Assembly (NCBI GenBank): GCA_045159875.1
Contig: CP067995.1
Location: 1,984,001 to 2,048,000, forward strand
Reading direction: 5' to 3'
DNA from: a cyanobacterium endosymbiont of Rhopalodia gibba
Lineage (GTDB): Bacteria > Cyanobacteriota > Cyanobacteriia > Cyanobacteriales > Microcystaceae
Length of the DNA stretch: 64,000 nucleotides
Positions 36,508 to 46,983 of the stretch are shown piece by piece. The notes beneath the pieces were generated by a model that was not told the origin of the DNA, searched no databases, and saw nothing but the letters and a program-made list of their open reading frames with translations. Position numbers and translations under genes: made by a program. Numbering within the stretch: the stretch's first letter is position 1; each line of letters begins with the position of its first letter.

Positions 36508-37236
36508 GTGTATCGATTAGTTGTCGAATCCATCCAAGACCTAAATCAGAAGATCAGTCTAAATCCTGAACAACAGCATTATTTAAGGCGAGTTTTGAGA
36601 TTAAATGACGGCGATAACTTTGTTGCAATGAATGGCCAAGGTCAATCCTACCTAGCACAATTTGCAGAGAATTCGGCTCAGATTTTAGAGATTTTTAAGG
36701 AATTAACAGAACTACCCATTGCGGTTACTTTAATAATTGCTCTTCCTAAAGGCAATGGCTTTAATGAAATTGTTCGTTGTTGTACTGAATTAGGGGTAAC
36801 GACCCTAATCCCAACCATTAGTCAGCGTACTTTACTTAAACCCAGTTCTCACAAACTCGAAAGATGGCGTAAAATTGCTACTGAAGCGGCCGAACAGTCA
36901 GAACGTCAAATTGTTCCCACAATCATCGAACCTATACTGTTTGAAAAACTTTTAATAAGTATAAACAAGACTGCTGTTGATCACTATATTTGTGTCCCTC
37001 GTAGGGAAGTAAGACACTTATTAACTTACTTGCCTAATTCCCCTCGAAAATCTATAGTGATTGCTACAGGATGCGAAGGAGGTTGGACAGATGAAGAAGT
37101 AGAAAAAGCTATCACCTCTGGATTTCAACCCGTTACCCTAGGTCGTCGTATTCTCCGGGCTATAACCGCTCCCATTGTTGCTTTATCCTTAGTAACTTCT
37201 GTTATTGAACGAGAGCTTATGACAATCGAAACATAG
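36508..37236 (+). CDS. rsmE: 16S rRNA m3U1498 methyltransferase
   Basis: HYLRRVLRL, TELGV, EAAEQSER, GCEGGW, LGRRILRA; probable GTG start at 36508. Confidence 0.93.
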   Translation: MYRLVVESIQDLNQKISLNPEQQHYLRRVLRLNDGDNFVAMNGQGQSYLAQFAENSAQILEIFKELTELPIAVTLIIALPKGNGFNEIVRCCTELGVTTLIPTISQRTLLKPSSHKLERWRKIATEAAEQSERQIVPTIIEPILFEKLLISINKTAVDHYICVPRREVRHLLTYLPNSPRKSIVIATGCEGGWTDEEVEKAITSGFQPVTLGRRILRAITAPIVALSLVTSVIERELMTIET

Positions 37237-38728
37237 TTTAGAAGATCACTAAATTTTAAAAATTTATTAAAAAACTAATTTAACCTAAAATTCATCGTCA
37301 AAAGTTATGATGTTAATCATTCTCTTTGTACTTGTCCCGCTCTGTTTTTTCTACTATGCTTCCCAGGTTTCTATGCTCGAGCTGCTCACCGAAGCTATCA
37401 ATCGTCAAGGTCCTTCTGCAGCATACTAACTGCTCCAACAATTAGGGAAAAGTATATCTCGACAATCCTTCAATCGTATTTTGTACAGCCTTATACATAA
37501 GCTAGAAAGCAATTTGATTGTACTTAAATAAGGCTAGCTAGCAGAGAAATCAAGTCATAAATCATAAGTTTATAGCCAAAATAAAATATACTAGGGACTC
37601 CATCAAATACATTTGGGAAAAAAGAAGACAATTAACGTCAACAGATTTTAGCCCAAGTTATGGAAAATCAAGATAGCCAAAAAAGGCTCCTATTAATTAA
37701 TGTTAAAAACAATTCTAGACAATCGAAGTAAGTGACGGCTTACAAAGCCTAAAAAATCATGTAAATAGCCCTAGCTCGCCTACAATTACCTAGTCGCTAT
37801 TAGCGATTATGTCGAACAGAAGCTGAAAGGAAGATTTTATTTTTATGCTTAACAACTCCAACAAGCAGATATTCTCGATTTTGTGGTGTTACTTAGAGAT
37901 ATTACCACTTTATTCAAATGTATCGAGTGCTATAAGTTGAGTCACTGATTCCTAAAATCACCCTAATTTATCAACGGCAAAAAATTACCGGCTAATCCTA
38001 ACATTTGGCTGCTCTAAGGCTGGTCAACTGGTAGAAAAAATATTTTACTTTAGGGAATGTGCGAAGGTGAAGTCACGGAAAAAATTACAACGTAGAACCG
38101 AAACTCTAGACTGTGAGAAGCTTTTTCATCTTAAATTTACCCAAACAAAAGAAAATCTCCTTTTATGAGATTTAGCAAGTTACTGATTGATGAAAGAGGA
38201 ACAATCCATCATAGTTAGGTTCATTTGGTAAACTTGATAAATGAGCAGTTAATTAATAATAAAATTCGGTTAAAATTTCTCTTTTTTGGAGAATCAGCTC
38301 TCAATTTTTTAAAACGCCTTCAGTCTGTCCCTTCCAATGTAAACTCACTCCGTTGTAAAAATACCTCTGGGGATGTAGCCTTTCAGCTGTTTAATGGATT
38401 AATCCCTTTTAAGAGGATGTCCTAAGAATAAATTACTCGATTCAATGTTATAATTAAGTTAGATAGCGGCAGTGACTTAAAGTTATTTCCTGGTCTTGAC
38501 ACGATGAACAAAGAACAACTTCGAGACTTGCTAGTGGGGAAACCCCCAGAAATTCTTCATCATTTCTCTCAAAAAACAGCTAAAAACAGCTAAAAAATAC
38601 CGATATCTTATCGGCACGTGCCTATGGACTAGTAAAGAGCCAACCTCCTGGGATAAGACGGGGGTTAGACAACTTGCTGTCTAGTATTATGTAGGTTTCA
38701 TGAAGTATAATGGCTTATCCTAACAACT

Positions 38729-39478
38729 ATGAACGACGACGACCTTAGCGTAATTGAGACGACGGATCAATTTGGTGAACCATTAGATTTCTTAGACTCT
38801 GCTCGTTCTGAACTCCCGCTTCCTGACCCAGAGTCAATATTACCTCTGTTAACAGATCCAAACCCATCACAAAGGATGTTAGCAGCGCGTGTGTTCTGCG
38901 AACTGCAAGACCAACGGGCGATTGCTCCTCTGATTGACCTGTTGAACGACATTTGTCCTCTAGTAAGGGTTAGTGCGGCCTACGCCTTGGGGAAAAACAC
39001 TAGCCCTGATGCTGTGGAAGCATTGATTGAACTATTAAAACAGGATTGGAATGGGTATGTCCGTAAAGGTATTGTTTGGGCTTTAGGGAATGGAGGAGAT
39101 CGCCGTGCATTAAATCCTCTAATTCATGCTGTTAAAACGGATATTTCAGCAGTACGTCTTTGGGCTGCTAGTAGTTTAGCTCAAATCGCTAAGCTAGAAT
39201 ACGAAGATGTCATAGCGGCTATTGCCCCTTTGATTGAAGGGTTAAGACATGACTGCGTGGCTGCGGTCCGTGGTAATTGCGCCTGGGCAATTGGTCAATT
39301 ATGTCGAGAGATACCTTCTAATATGGTTTATACAACGGCAATAGATGCGTTGATTGAAGCATTAGCCAAAGATGAAGATTTAGGGGTTAAAGAGGATGCT
39401 AGAAATGCGCTGCTTAAGGTTGGCGCTCCTAGGGGACTGCAAATGATTGAAGAACTTGAACTTGAAGGACTGATCTAG
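38729..39478 (+). CDS. HEAT-repeat (PBS lyase HEAT-like) protein
   Basis: Repeated units VRVSAAYALG, VRKGIVWALG, VRLWAASSLA, VRGNCAWAIG. Confidence 0.85.
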   Translation: MNDDDLSVIETTDQFGEPLDFLDSARSELPLPDPESILPLLTDPNPSQRMLAARVFCELQDQRAIAPLIDLLNDICPLVRVSAAYALGKNTSPDAVEALIELLKQDWNGYVRKGIVWALGNGGDRRALNPLIHAVKTDISAVRLWAASSLAQIAKLEYEDVIAAIAPLIEGLRHDCVAAVRGNCAWAIGQLCREIPSNMVYTTAIDALIEALAKDEDLGVKEDARNALLKVGAPRGLQMIEELELEGLI

Positions 39479-39610
39479 TTAATTTGAGTCGTTAGACGTA
39501 ATCAGACAATAGTTAAGCTCTCAAATTTATTAATATTTGTTAACATAGAATTATTGATTATTTATCTATCCCAAAATGTAACAGTAGAGTTCACACTCAG
39601 ACATTTTGCA

Positions 39611-40219
39611 ATGACAAAACCTTTAATTTTAGGCATTAGTGGCGCATCGGGGTTAATTTATGCTGTTCGTGCTTTGAAGTTTCTCCTCGAAGCAGATGTT
39701 GTGGTCGAAGTAGTAGCTTCAAAAGCGACCTATATGGTATGGGAGGCTGAGCAAGGAACCAGAATACCTATTGTTCCTGAAAAACAAGCAGAATTTTGGC
39801 GAAATCAAGCAGAAGTACCCAAAAAAGGTAGACTTAACTGTCATCGTTGGGGAGACTTAGGTGCAACCATTGCTAGTGGTTCTTTTCGGACATTCGGAAT
39901 GGTGATTCTACCATGTAGCATGAGTACAGTAGCTAAGTTAGCAATGGGGTTAAGTTCAGACCTGCTTGAACGAGCTGCCGATGTTCAAATTAAAGAGGGT
40001 CGTTCTTTAGTTATTGTTCCCCGCGAAACCCCTTTAAGCTTGATTCACCTCCGAAATTTGACGACCTTAGCTGAAGTTGGGGTTAAGGTGGTTCCTGCCA
40101 TTCCTGCTTGGTATCATCATCCTCAAACTATTGAAGACTTAGTAGATTTTGTGGTAGCTCGAACCTTAGATCAACTAGACATTGATTGTGTTCCTTTTAA
40201 CCGTTGGCAAGGTCATTAA
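39611..40219 (+). CDS. ubiX: Flavin prenyltransferase
   Basis: LGISGASG, IASGS, PCSMST, VPRETP; ATG at 39611. Confidence 0.95.
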   Translation: MTKPLILGISGASGLIYAVRALKFLLEADVVVEVVASKATYMVWEAEQGTRIPIVPEKQAEFWRNQAEVPKKGRLNCHRWGDLGATIASGSFRTFGMVILPCSMSTVAKLAMGLSSDLLERAADVQIKEGRSLVIVPRETPLSLIHLRNLTTLAEVGVKVVPAIPAWYHHPQTIEDLVDFVVARTLDQLDIDCVPFNRWQGH

Positions 40220-41671
40220 TCAGTTAACGTCTTTGTAGACGGAAGTATAGCTAGAAAGTATACTTAAAAAGTTTTCATTGAAATACCCAATATTGCCAAA
40301 AAACACATTAAAGTTTAACTTTAATGTTATTTATTAGAACTTTTAAAGTCGTCATTTTAGCGGTTGAAAAATTCTACCAGACTTTTTCATAATATTGCTT
40401 TTAGATTTTTATATAGAGCTAAATAATAACGATTGCACATCAATAAAAAAAATTTTTAAAACTATCTTAATAATAATTCTCTAAACATTTTCTTTGAGCA
40501 AATAAAAACTGAAACAGATGCTTGTCCTGTTGAATAAGATATTACTAAAAGTTAACCTGAATGCGATTGGTTAACCTTTAAAGAAAACAAAGTTCGCCTA
40601 AAAGATACTACTAAAAGTTTAGCCTGTCAATTGGTTAATCTGGACAGTAATTTTTGTGCTTTTCATTAGTATAATCGACATATAGTAAATCTCAAAAAAA
40701 TAGCTGAAAGCAGATTATTTACTAGCAAATAGTCAGATTTAATGGTGATCATTTTATTATCTTCTTGTCGACTACAGAAGGTTAAAAGTATTTCTACTTA
40801 ACCCGTTATTTTAAACTTAAAATGAAGATAAAGTTGGATTTTAAATCATAAGTCTATTTTAAAAAGCTATTACTATTGTATTCATCATAGAGAGCGATAG
40901 CTTTTGTGTTTAAATTAAATCATGCTTCACTTATTTTAATAACTGTAGTTCTAATTTTTTTATTGTACATAGTCGGCAATAGATTTATTGACTGAGTTAA
41001 ATAGTTAATAAAAATAAATAAATATTGCAAGTTTCTCTAAGAATAGTAAAACTAAAAATTGTTAATTTTTTCAAAAATTTATTGTTTAAAAATAAAAAAA
41101 ACTTCAATAAAAAGTTCAGATATATTGGACACTATTTATTAGTTCAAACCTAAGTAACTTAGCTATTCTATACTAGAAATACTTTAGTGTTAACCAATAA
41201 ACTCTGAAAATAAGTTTTTATAAAAAATTTTTTATACAATTAAAATTTTGCAGAGGTTTTTATCAATTTAAATAAATCAAATAAATTAATTTAAAAATTA
41301 AAATAAAATTAATATATCAATCTATAATTTATCAAGTATCGATGTTATCCTTAAATAAGTTTATCTTTATAAATAGTTAAATAATAAATTATTAAGCAAT
41401 TCTAAATTTTATTAATAATTTATAAACAAAAGAATAAATTATATTTATTAATTTAGATACGTAAGTTTACAGTAGCAGATTTAATATTTCTAGGTTAGAA
41501 TTATCTTTGCTCCACTATAAACCGTCAAAATCAACTGGACTATACCTTGTTCACGGTTTGGTTGAGTGTCATAATTTTTGTAACAGATTTTTTTATTTAC
41601 AATGAAGTGTCTCTCTCATTGCTTGGTTTTGAGATAGACAAGATTGATAATAACAATATCGGAAGCTATTT

Positions 41672-42484
41672 ATGACTGATCTAGTTCAACAACTCAACAT
41701 TATCAATGAACTTGCTGATGTTTCAGGAAAAGTTATTTATCAATATTTTAGACAACCTAATATTGAGATTGAAACAAAACACTTCGACCGATCTTCTATT
41801 GTGACTATTGCTGATCGCGCTGCTGAAGAAGCAATGGTCGAAGTTTTGCGGCAAAAAGCCTCAAGTGATGGGATAATTCGAGAAGAAGGGGATAATATTC
41901 CCTCTCAAAATGGTCGTTATTGGGTACTTGATCCCATTGATGGAACCTCGTCTTTTGTCAAAGGATTACCTATTTTTGGGACATTAATAGGGTTAATAGA
42001 TGAGGCTTATAACGTTCCTCTACTCGGTTGTATGAATCAACCTATCTTACAGAAAAGATGGTTGGGAATACATGGAAAACTACCTACTTTGAATGGAAGA
42101 CTGGTCAAAAATTTGTACGTTAAACTAACTGATAGTCACTTAAAAGACGCCTGTCTTGCCTCAACAACTCCCATGATGTTCGTCACTAAAAGACAACAAA
42201 TGATTGCGGCTAAATTACAAGATGTTTGTAAACGAATAGCTTTTGGAGGAGACTGTTACAACTATGTATCGTTAGCCAGTGGTTGGAGTTCTATGCCAAT
42301 GGTTATCCTAGAATCGGATCTTAAGTACTATGATTTTTGTGCTTTGATTCCCATTATTGAAGGAGCTGGATGTATTATAACTGACTGGTCAGGAAATTCA
42401 CTTAATCGTCAATCAACAGAGGTTTTGGCAACCTCTAACCAAACTTTACATGAGCAAGCTTTAGCGGTCATAAATCGTCAATAA
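41672..42484 (+). CDS. Inositol monophosphatase family protein, HisN-like histidinol-phosphate phosphatase
   Basis: VTIADR, WVLDPIDGT, FGTLIGL, GGDCYNY, YDFCALIPIIEGAG. Confidence 0.8.
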   Translation: MTDLVQQLNIINELADVSGKVIYQYFRQPNIEIETKHFDRSSIVTIADRAAEEAMVEVLRQKASSDGIIREEGDNIPSQNGRYWVLDPIDGTSSFVKGLPIFGTLIGLIDEAYNVPLLGCMNQPILQKRWLGIHGKLPTLNGRLVKNLYVKLTDSHLKDACLASTTPMMFVTKRQQMIAAKLQDVCKRIAFGGDCYNYVSLASGWSSMPMVILESDLKYYDFCALIPIIEGAGCIITDWSGNSLNRQSTEVLATSNQTLHEQALAVINRQ

Positions 42485-42539
42485 TAAAGTCTTTAATTTA
42501 ATTAAAAATCTACCTGACTATTTTCTATATAAAGGCATA

Positions 42540-42890
42540 GTGATTAAAACTTAGCAGAACTGGCGAGAATTGCTTGCCCAAAATAGTGTTGTAGGTCCAA
42601 AAAAACACTGCACAGTCATGCTAATAAGTGCTCCTGCCTGCTGTGAGTAAATATCAATCCTTACCGCAAGAACTTACTATATTACTCAGTTGAATGATAA
42701 CAGGAGCAAGATTAGGAGTTCTACCGAGATAGACTAAAGCGATGAGTAAATCATTCCAAACCCAAAGGAATTGAAACACGGCACAAGAGGCTAAAGTCGG
42801 CATAAAAAGGGGAACACTAAGTTTAGTGAAAATTTTGAGATGAGATGCCCCATTAACTTTGGCTGCTTCTATAAGAGCCTTAGGTAATGC
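42540..42890 (-). pseudogene. C-terminal remnant of a carbohydrate ABC permease (GgtD/AglG-like)
   Basis: EAAKVNGAS (EAA motif) and FQFLWVWNDLLIALVYLG...QLSN, premature stop, 5' part missing. Confidence 0.8.
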
Positions 42891-44608
42891 ACCACGGCTC
42901 ATAGTACATTTTTAAATAAAATAAGAATAGTTGAACTTATCAAAAAAATATATTCAACATCAATTTGTATTTATTGTAGTTTAATCACTAAAAAATTTCA
43001 TCAAAATAATGAATTAACTATCAGAAAATTGCTTGGAGCAGAGAGGTCCGTATATCTCAATATTAATTGTCGTTAAATAAAATGTGATAAATATGGGACA
43101 TATCTACAGAATAGTTAAGCTATCCTAAACAATGAATAACATATCATGAAGAATTTAATATAAAAATTATTGAGGAGTCTTTAAATAGTAATATGAAGAA
43201 TGTAGCAATAAAAAATAAAGTAAACAAAATAAAAATAATGCTTAAAGATCTAGATTTAGACAAAAAATACAGATTAAAAAAATATTAAAATAATTTAAAA
43301 CCAATAAAATAAAATTAAAGTATGTGTAAATTAACACCACATATTAATAATTTTAGATAGACAAAAATCTATAAAAATTTGAAAAATAAGAACATATAAA
43401 GAGGCAGTAAAATATCTATAAATTTTAAAATTAAGTTTTTTAGGTCCACTTAACAAACTTAGTTGAAATTATTAAACAATCTCTATTTAGATAGGTCAAT
43501 ATTTTAATACTTGACAAAACCAGTATAAAAGCTTGCTAAGCTCTAATTTAGCAAGCTTTTTGATATTAGTTAAATAGTCTATAAATTAGAATAAAAGTCT
43601 ATAATAATTCAATTTAGCATTGAATTATTATAGACTCAGAAAAAACATAAAAATTATGAATAAAAATAATTTATTTTTTAACTTATCTCTTGATAAAACT
43701 AAAAAATACAGGAATTGAGCAAAATTTTACCATTTCATTAAAATTTTTAAAATACTCATTAACTCAATGCTCATCTACTAATATTCAGCTATTTTATCTT
43801 CATTTTTAAAATTTAATCTGACAATTTTTTTATTAGTTAGTAATTTAACAAATTCATAGATATATGACGAGTTATAGATCTATAATACCATAGTAATTAT
43901 TCTTTTTAATTTGATTTTAGACTATTTTTATATTTTTTTAAAATTATTATTTCTTCAATATAAATAAAGTATATGTTTCTATTTTTGGATATTTTTTTAT
44001 TTTTAGACATAAATTTACGACGAATATTTTTTTAAACTATTATTAATTCCTGTATTCTTATTTTATTTTTTAATTTAAAGAGTTTTTGCCAGAAATACAT
44101 AATTTATTTGAATTTAAAAACAATTATGTATTTTTAAATTTTTTATTTTTCATCTATCGTCTTAATGTATAGGCTATTAACTCATTAAATACAAATATAT
44201 TTTTATTTAATGAGTTGTTTATTCAGGTTCTTAAATCCTAATCAATAGCTATTAAATGTTTCCTTATAAGCTAATAAATGTAGATATTACAGTGGATATG
44301 TCTGTTGTCAATAATCTTGAAGAAGAATGATGACAACTCTCTACGTCAATAAATTGTATATTATTACATTCTACCGTCATGCTTATGAGCGTAATCATGA
44401 TAAGCACAACATAAAGCGTAAGTCCCTATATATTTGTAGATTCTACAATTTTAGAAAAACATGTTAAGATAACTAGTGAACTTTTTTTTAAATTCGACTT
44501 TAGTATTCAGTTAAAATCAATAAGTTATTCTCAAGTTCTAACTTTGATTTAGCCATCTAGCAGAAACCGCTAATATTGGTTTATAGACTAAAGTATTATT
44601 AACAAGAT

Positions 44609-46096
44609 ATGACTACTGTAACTCCCCTTCAAACCGAATACGAAGCCGTTATTGGGTTAGAAACCCATTGTCAACTTAACACTAGTAGTAAAATTTTCTG
44701 CGCCTGTTCAACTAAGTTTGACAGTCCCCCCAACATTAATATTTGTCCAGTTTGTTTGGGCTATCCGGGGGTTTTACCTGTCCTCAACAAAGAAGTTGTA
44801 ACCTCTGCGTGTAGGTTAGGGCTAGCAATCGATGGAAAAATAGCTCTGTATAGTAAATTTGATCGTAAACAATATTTCTACGCTGATCTTCCCAAGAATT
44901 ACCAAATTTCTCAATACGATCTCCCTATCGTTGAACACGGTTTTCTTGAAATTGAATTAGTGAACAAAAAAAACAATGAAGTTACCCGTAAAATCATTGG
45001 GATCACTCGTTTGCACATGGAAGAAGATGCTGGAAAATTAGTCCATGCAGGAAGTGATCGCCTATCAGGCTCAACTCACTCTCTAGTAGACTTTAACCGG
45101 ACAGGCGTTCCTTTACTCGAAATTGTTTCAGAACCTGACTTGCGCTCAGGACGAGAGGCGGCAGAATACGCCCAGGAGTTACGTCGTTTAGTCCGTTATC
45201 TAGGCATTAGTGATGGTAATATGCAAGAAGGTTCCTTGCGCTGTGATGTTAATATTTCTGTCCGCCCTGTCGGACAAAAAGAGTTTGGAACCAAGATAGA
45301 AATCAAAAATATGAACTCTTTTAATGCAATCCAAAAAGCTATTGAATACGAAATTGAACGGCAAATTGAAACCTTAGAAAATGGTAAATTTTTATTCCAA
45401 GAAACTCGTCTTTGGGAAGAAAAAAATCAGTGTACTGTTAGCATGAGAAAAAAGGAAGGAGCTAGTGACTATCGTTACTTTCCCGAACCTGATATTCCTC
45501 CTTTAGAGATATCTCCTGAACAATTAGAAAATTGGCGTAAAACTATTCCCGAACTTCCTGCTAAAAAACGGAAACGTTATGAGAAAGAATTAGGAATTTC
45601 TGCTTATGATACCCGTGTTTTAACCGATGATCCAAATGTAGCAAATTTTTATGAAAAAGCTGTAGAGACTGGGGCTGATGCTAAGTTAGTGGCTAATTGG
45701 GTAACCCAAGATATTGCCGCCTATTTAAATAATAGTAAGTTAGACATAACGGAAATCTCCTTGAACCCAGTCAATTTAGGACATTTAGTCCTACTCATTG
45801 AGAAGGGAACCATTAGTGGTAAAATTGCTAAGGAAATGCTTCCAGAACTATTAGAAAAAGGTGGATCACCAGAAAAATTAGTTGAAGCTAAAGGGATGAC
45901 TAAAATTTCTGATATAAAAGAAATTGAAAAAATCATTGATGAAATCTTACTTATTAACCCTAACGAACTTGAAAAATTCCGCAATGGAAAAACTAAGTTA
46001 AAAGGTTTTTTTGTCGGTCAAGTGATGAAGAAGACAGGTGGACGAGCCGATCCTAAATTGACAAATCAGTTAGTGGAGAAAAAATTGAAAGGCTAG
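44609..46096 (+). CDS. gatB: Asp/Glu-tRNA amidotransferase subunit B
   Basis: VIGLETHCQL, FDRKQYFY, HMEEDAGK, GNMQEGSLRCDVN, YRYFPEPD. Confidence 0.98.
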   Translation: MTTVTPLQTEYEAVIGLETHCQLNTSSKIFCACSTKFDSPPNINICPVCLGYPGVLPVLNKEVVTSACRLGLAIDGKIALYSKFDRKQYFYADLPKNYQISQYDLPIVEHGFLEIELVNKKNNEVTRKIIGITRLHMEEDAGKLVHAGSDRLSGSTHSLVDFNRTGVPLLEIVSEPDLRSGREAAEYAQELRRLVRYLGISDGNMQEGSLRCDVNISVRPVGQKEFGTKIEIKNMNSFNAIQKAIEYEIERQIETLENGKFLFQETRLWEEKNQCTVSMRKKEGASDYRYFPEPDIPPLEISPEQLENWRKTIPELPAKKRKRYEKELGISAYDTRVLTDDPNVANFYEKAVETGADAKLVANWVTQDIAAYLNNSKLDITEISLNPVNLGHLVLLIEKGTISGKIAKEMLPELLEKGGSPEKLVEAKGMTKISDIKEIEKIIDEILLINPNELEKFRNGKTKLKGFFVGQVMKKTGGRADPKLTNQLVEKKLKG

Positions 46097-46149
46097 GTAT
46101 TTAAATCTTTCTCGTTTAAAAGATGGGAGGATTATAAAATCACCTTCTT

Positions 46150-46941
46150 TATGAATTTTATCTATGTCTAGTTCAAATACATAATAGTTTAGTTGTTAGC
46201 CAGACACGTATCTACGCGAATGATAAACTCATCAGGGTTTACTTTTCTGCTCACCGCTAAATGTTGTTACCAAAACAAGCACTTAAACTTTGATTGGGAG
46301 AATACCGAAGATAGCTTATATAGTACAGTTAAAGTTCTTGGTCTGTTTTTTTATCTCTCTCAAGAATTTATACGGAAGGCTTTTGATTCAGATGAACTGT
46401 CTCAGATTGACAGGTGAACCCGGTTGGTGTAGCTAGCATAGCTACACCGACGGCTCTCTTTCGTTAATAAATACAAGTTAATCCGGAAAATAGCTAGACT
46501 ATATTAATCTATCTGAGACAAGAGAAAAGATTAGCATTTTAAGTTAGTCCACTATCTGTGTGATAGGGTTAGGATGATATTAGTAAGAGATGTAAACTTT
46601 GTCGCTTGGCAAAAAGGTGTGTTGTTAAACATAGTGCTGAATAATGATCTTGGGCGTATTTTTCAAAATCTTATGATAAGTCTGCCTCCTTCTCTATTTG
46701 TCTTGCTAAGGTAAATCAAGACGGAGCTTCCCAATTTTGTCCCAACTGTAGTTTACATGTATTGAGAGAAAACTCTGTATGTTAGAGTTCACTACTGTAA
46801 CGAGTGTGAATACTTCACGTTACTGGAGCTATCAGCCAGTCAAGATTTTAAAAATAGAGAAATATCTGCACTAGGGCATAGTGTGCCTAAAGGTGTCTGT
46901 TCACTCAAAGCCCTCAGCTCTGCTAGCAAGAGATATGTCAA
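46150..46941 (+). mobile_element. tnpB: Decayed IS200/IS605-family tnpB element with residual right end
   Basis: Broken frames give HYLCDRVRMILVRDVNFVAWQKG, KVNQDGASQFCPNC, VRVHYCNECEY and FKNREISALGHSV (TnpB RuvC/zinc-finger C-terminus). The element ends in ATGTCAA at 46935-46941. The 5' boundary is approximate. Confidence 0.8.
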
Positions 46942-46983
46942 AATAAAATTTAAGTTCTAACCTGCTATTTTAAGTGTAGTTCT

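Noticed and set aside
36255..36533. 92-aa minus-strand ORF between pyrC and rsmE
   Set aside because: No recognisable motif and it overlaps the rsmE start; not supportable as a gene.
46193..46417. 74-aa ORF downstream of gatB
   Set aside because: It lies within the decayed tnpB region and is treated as part of that remnant.
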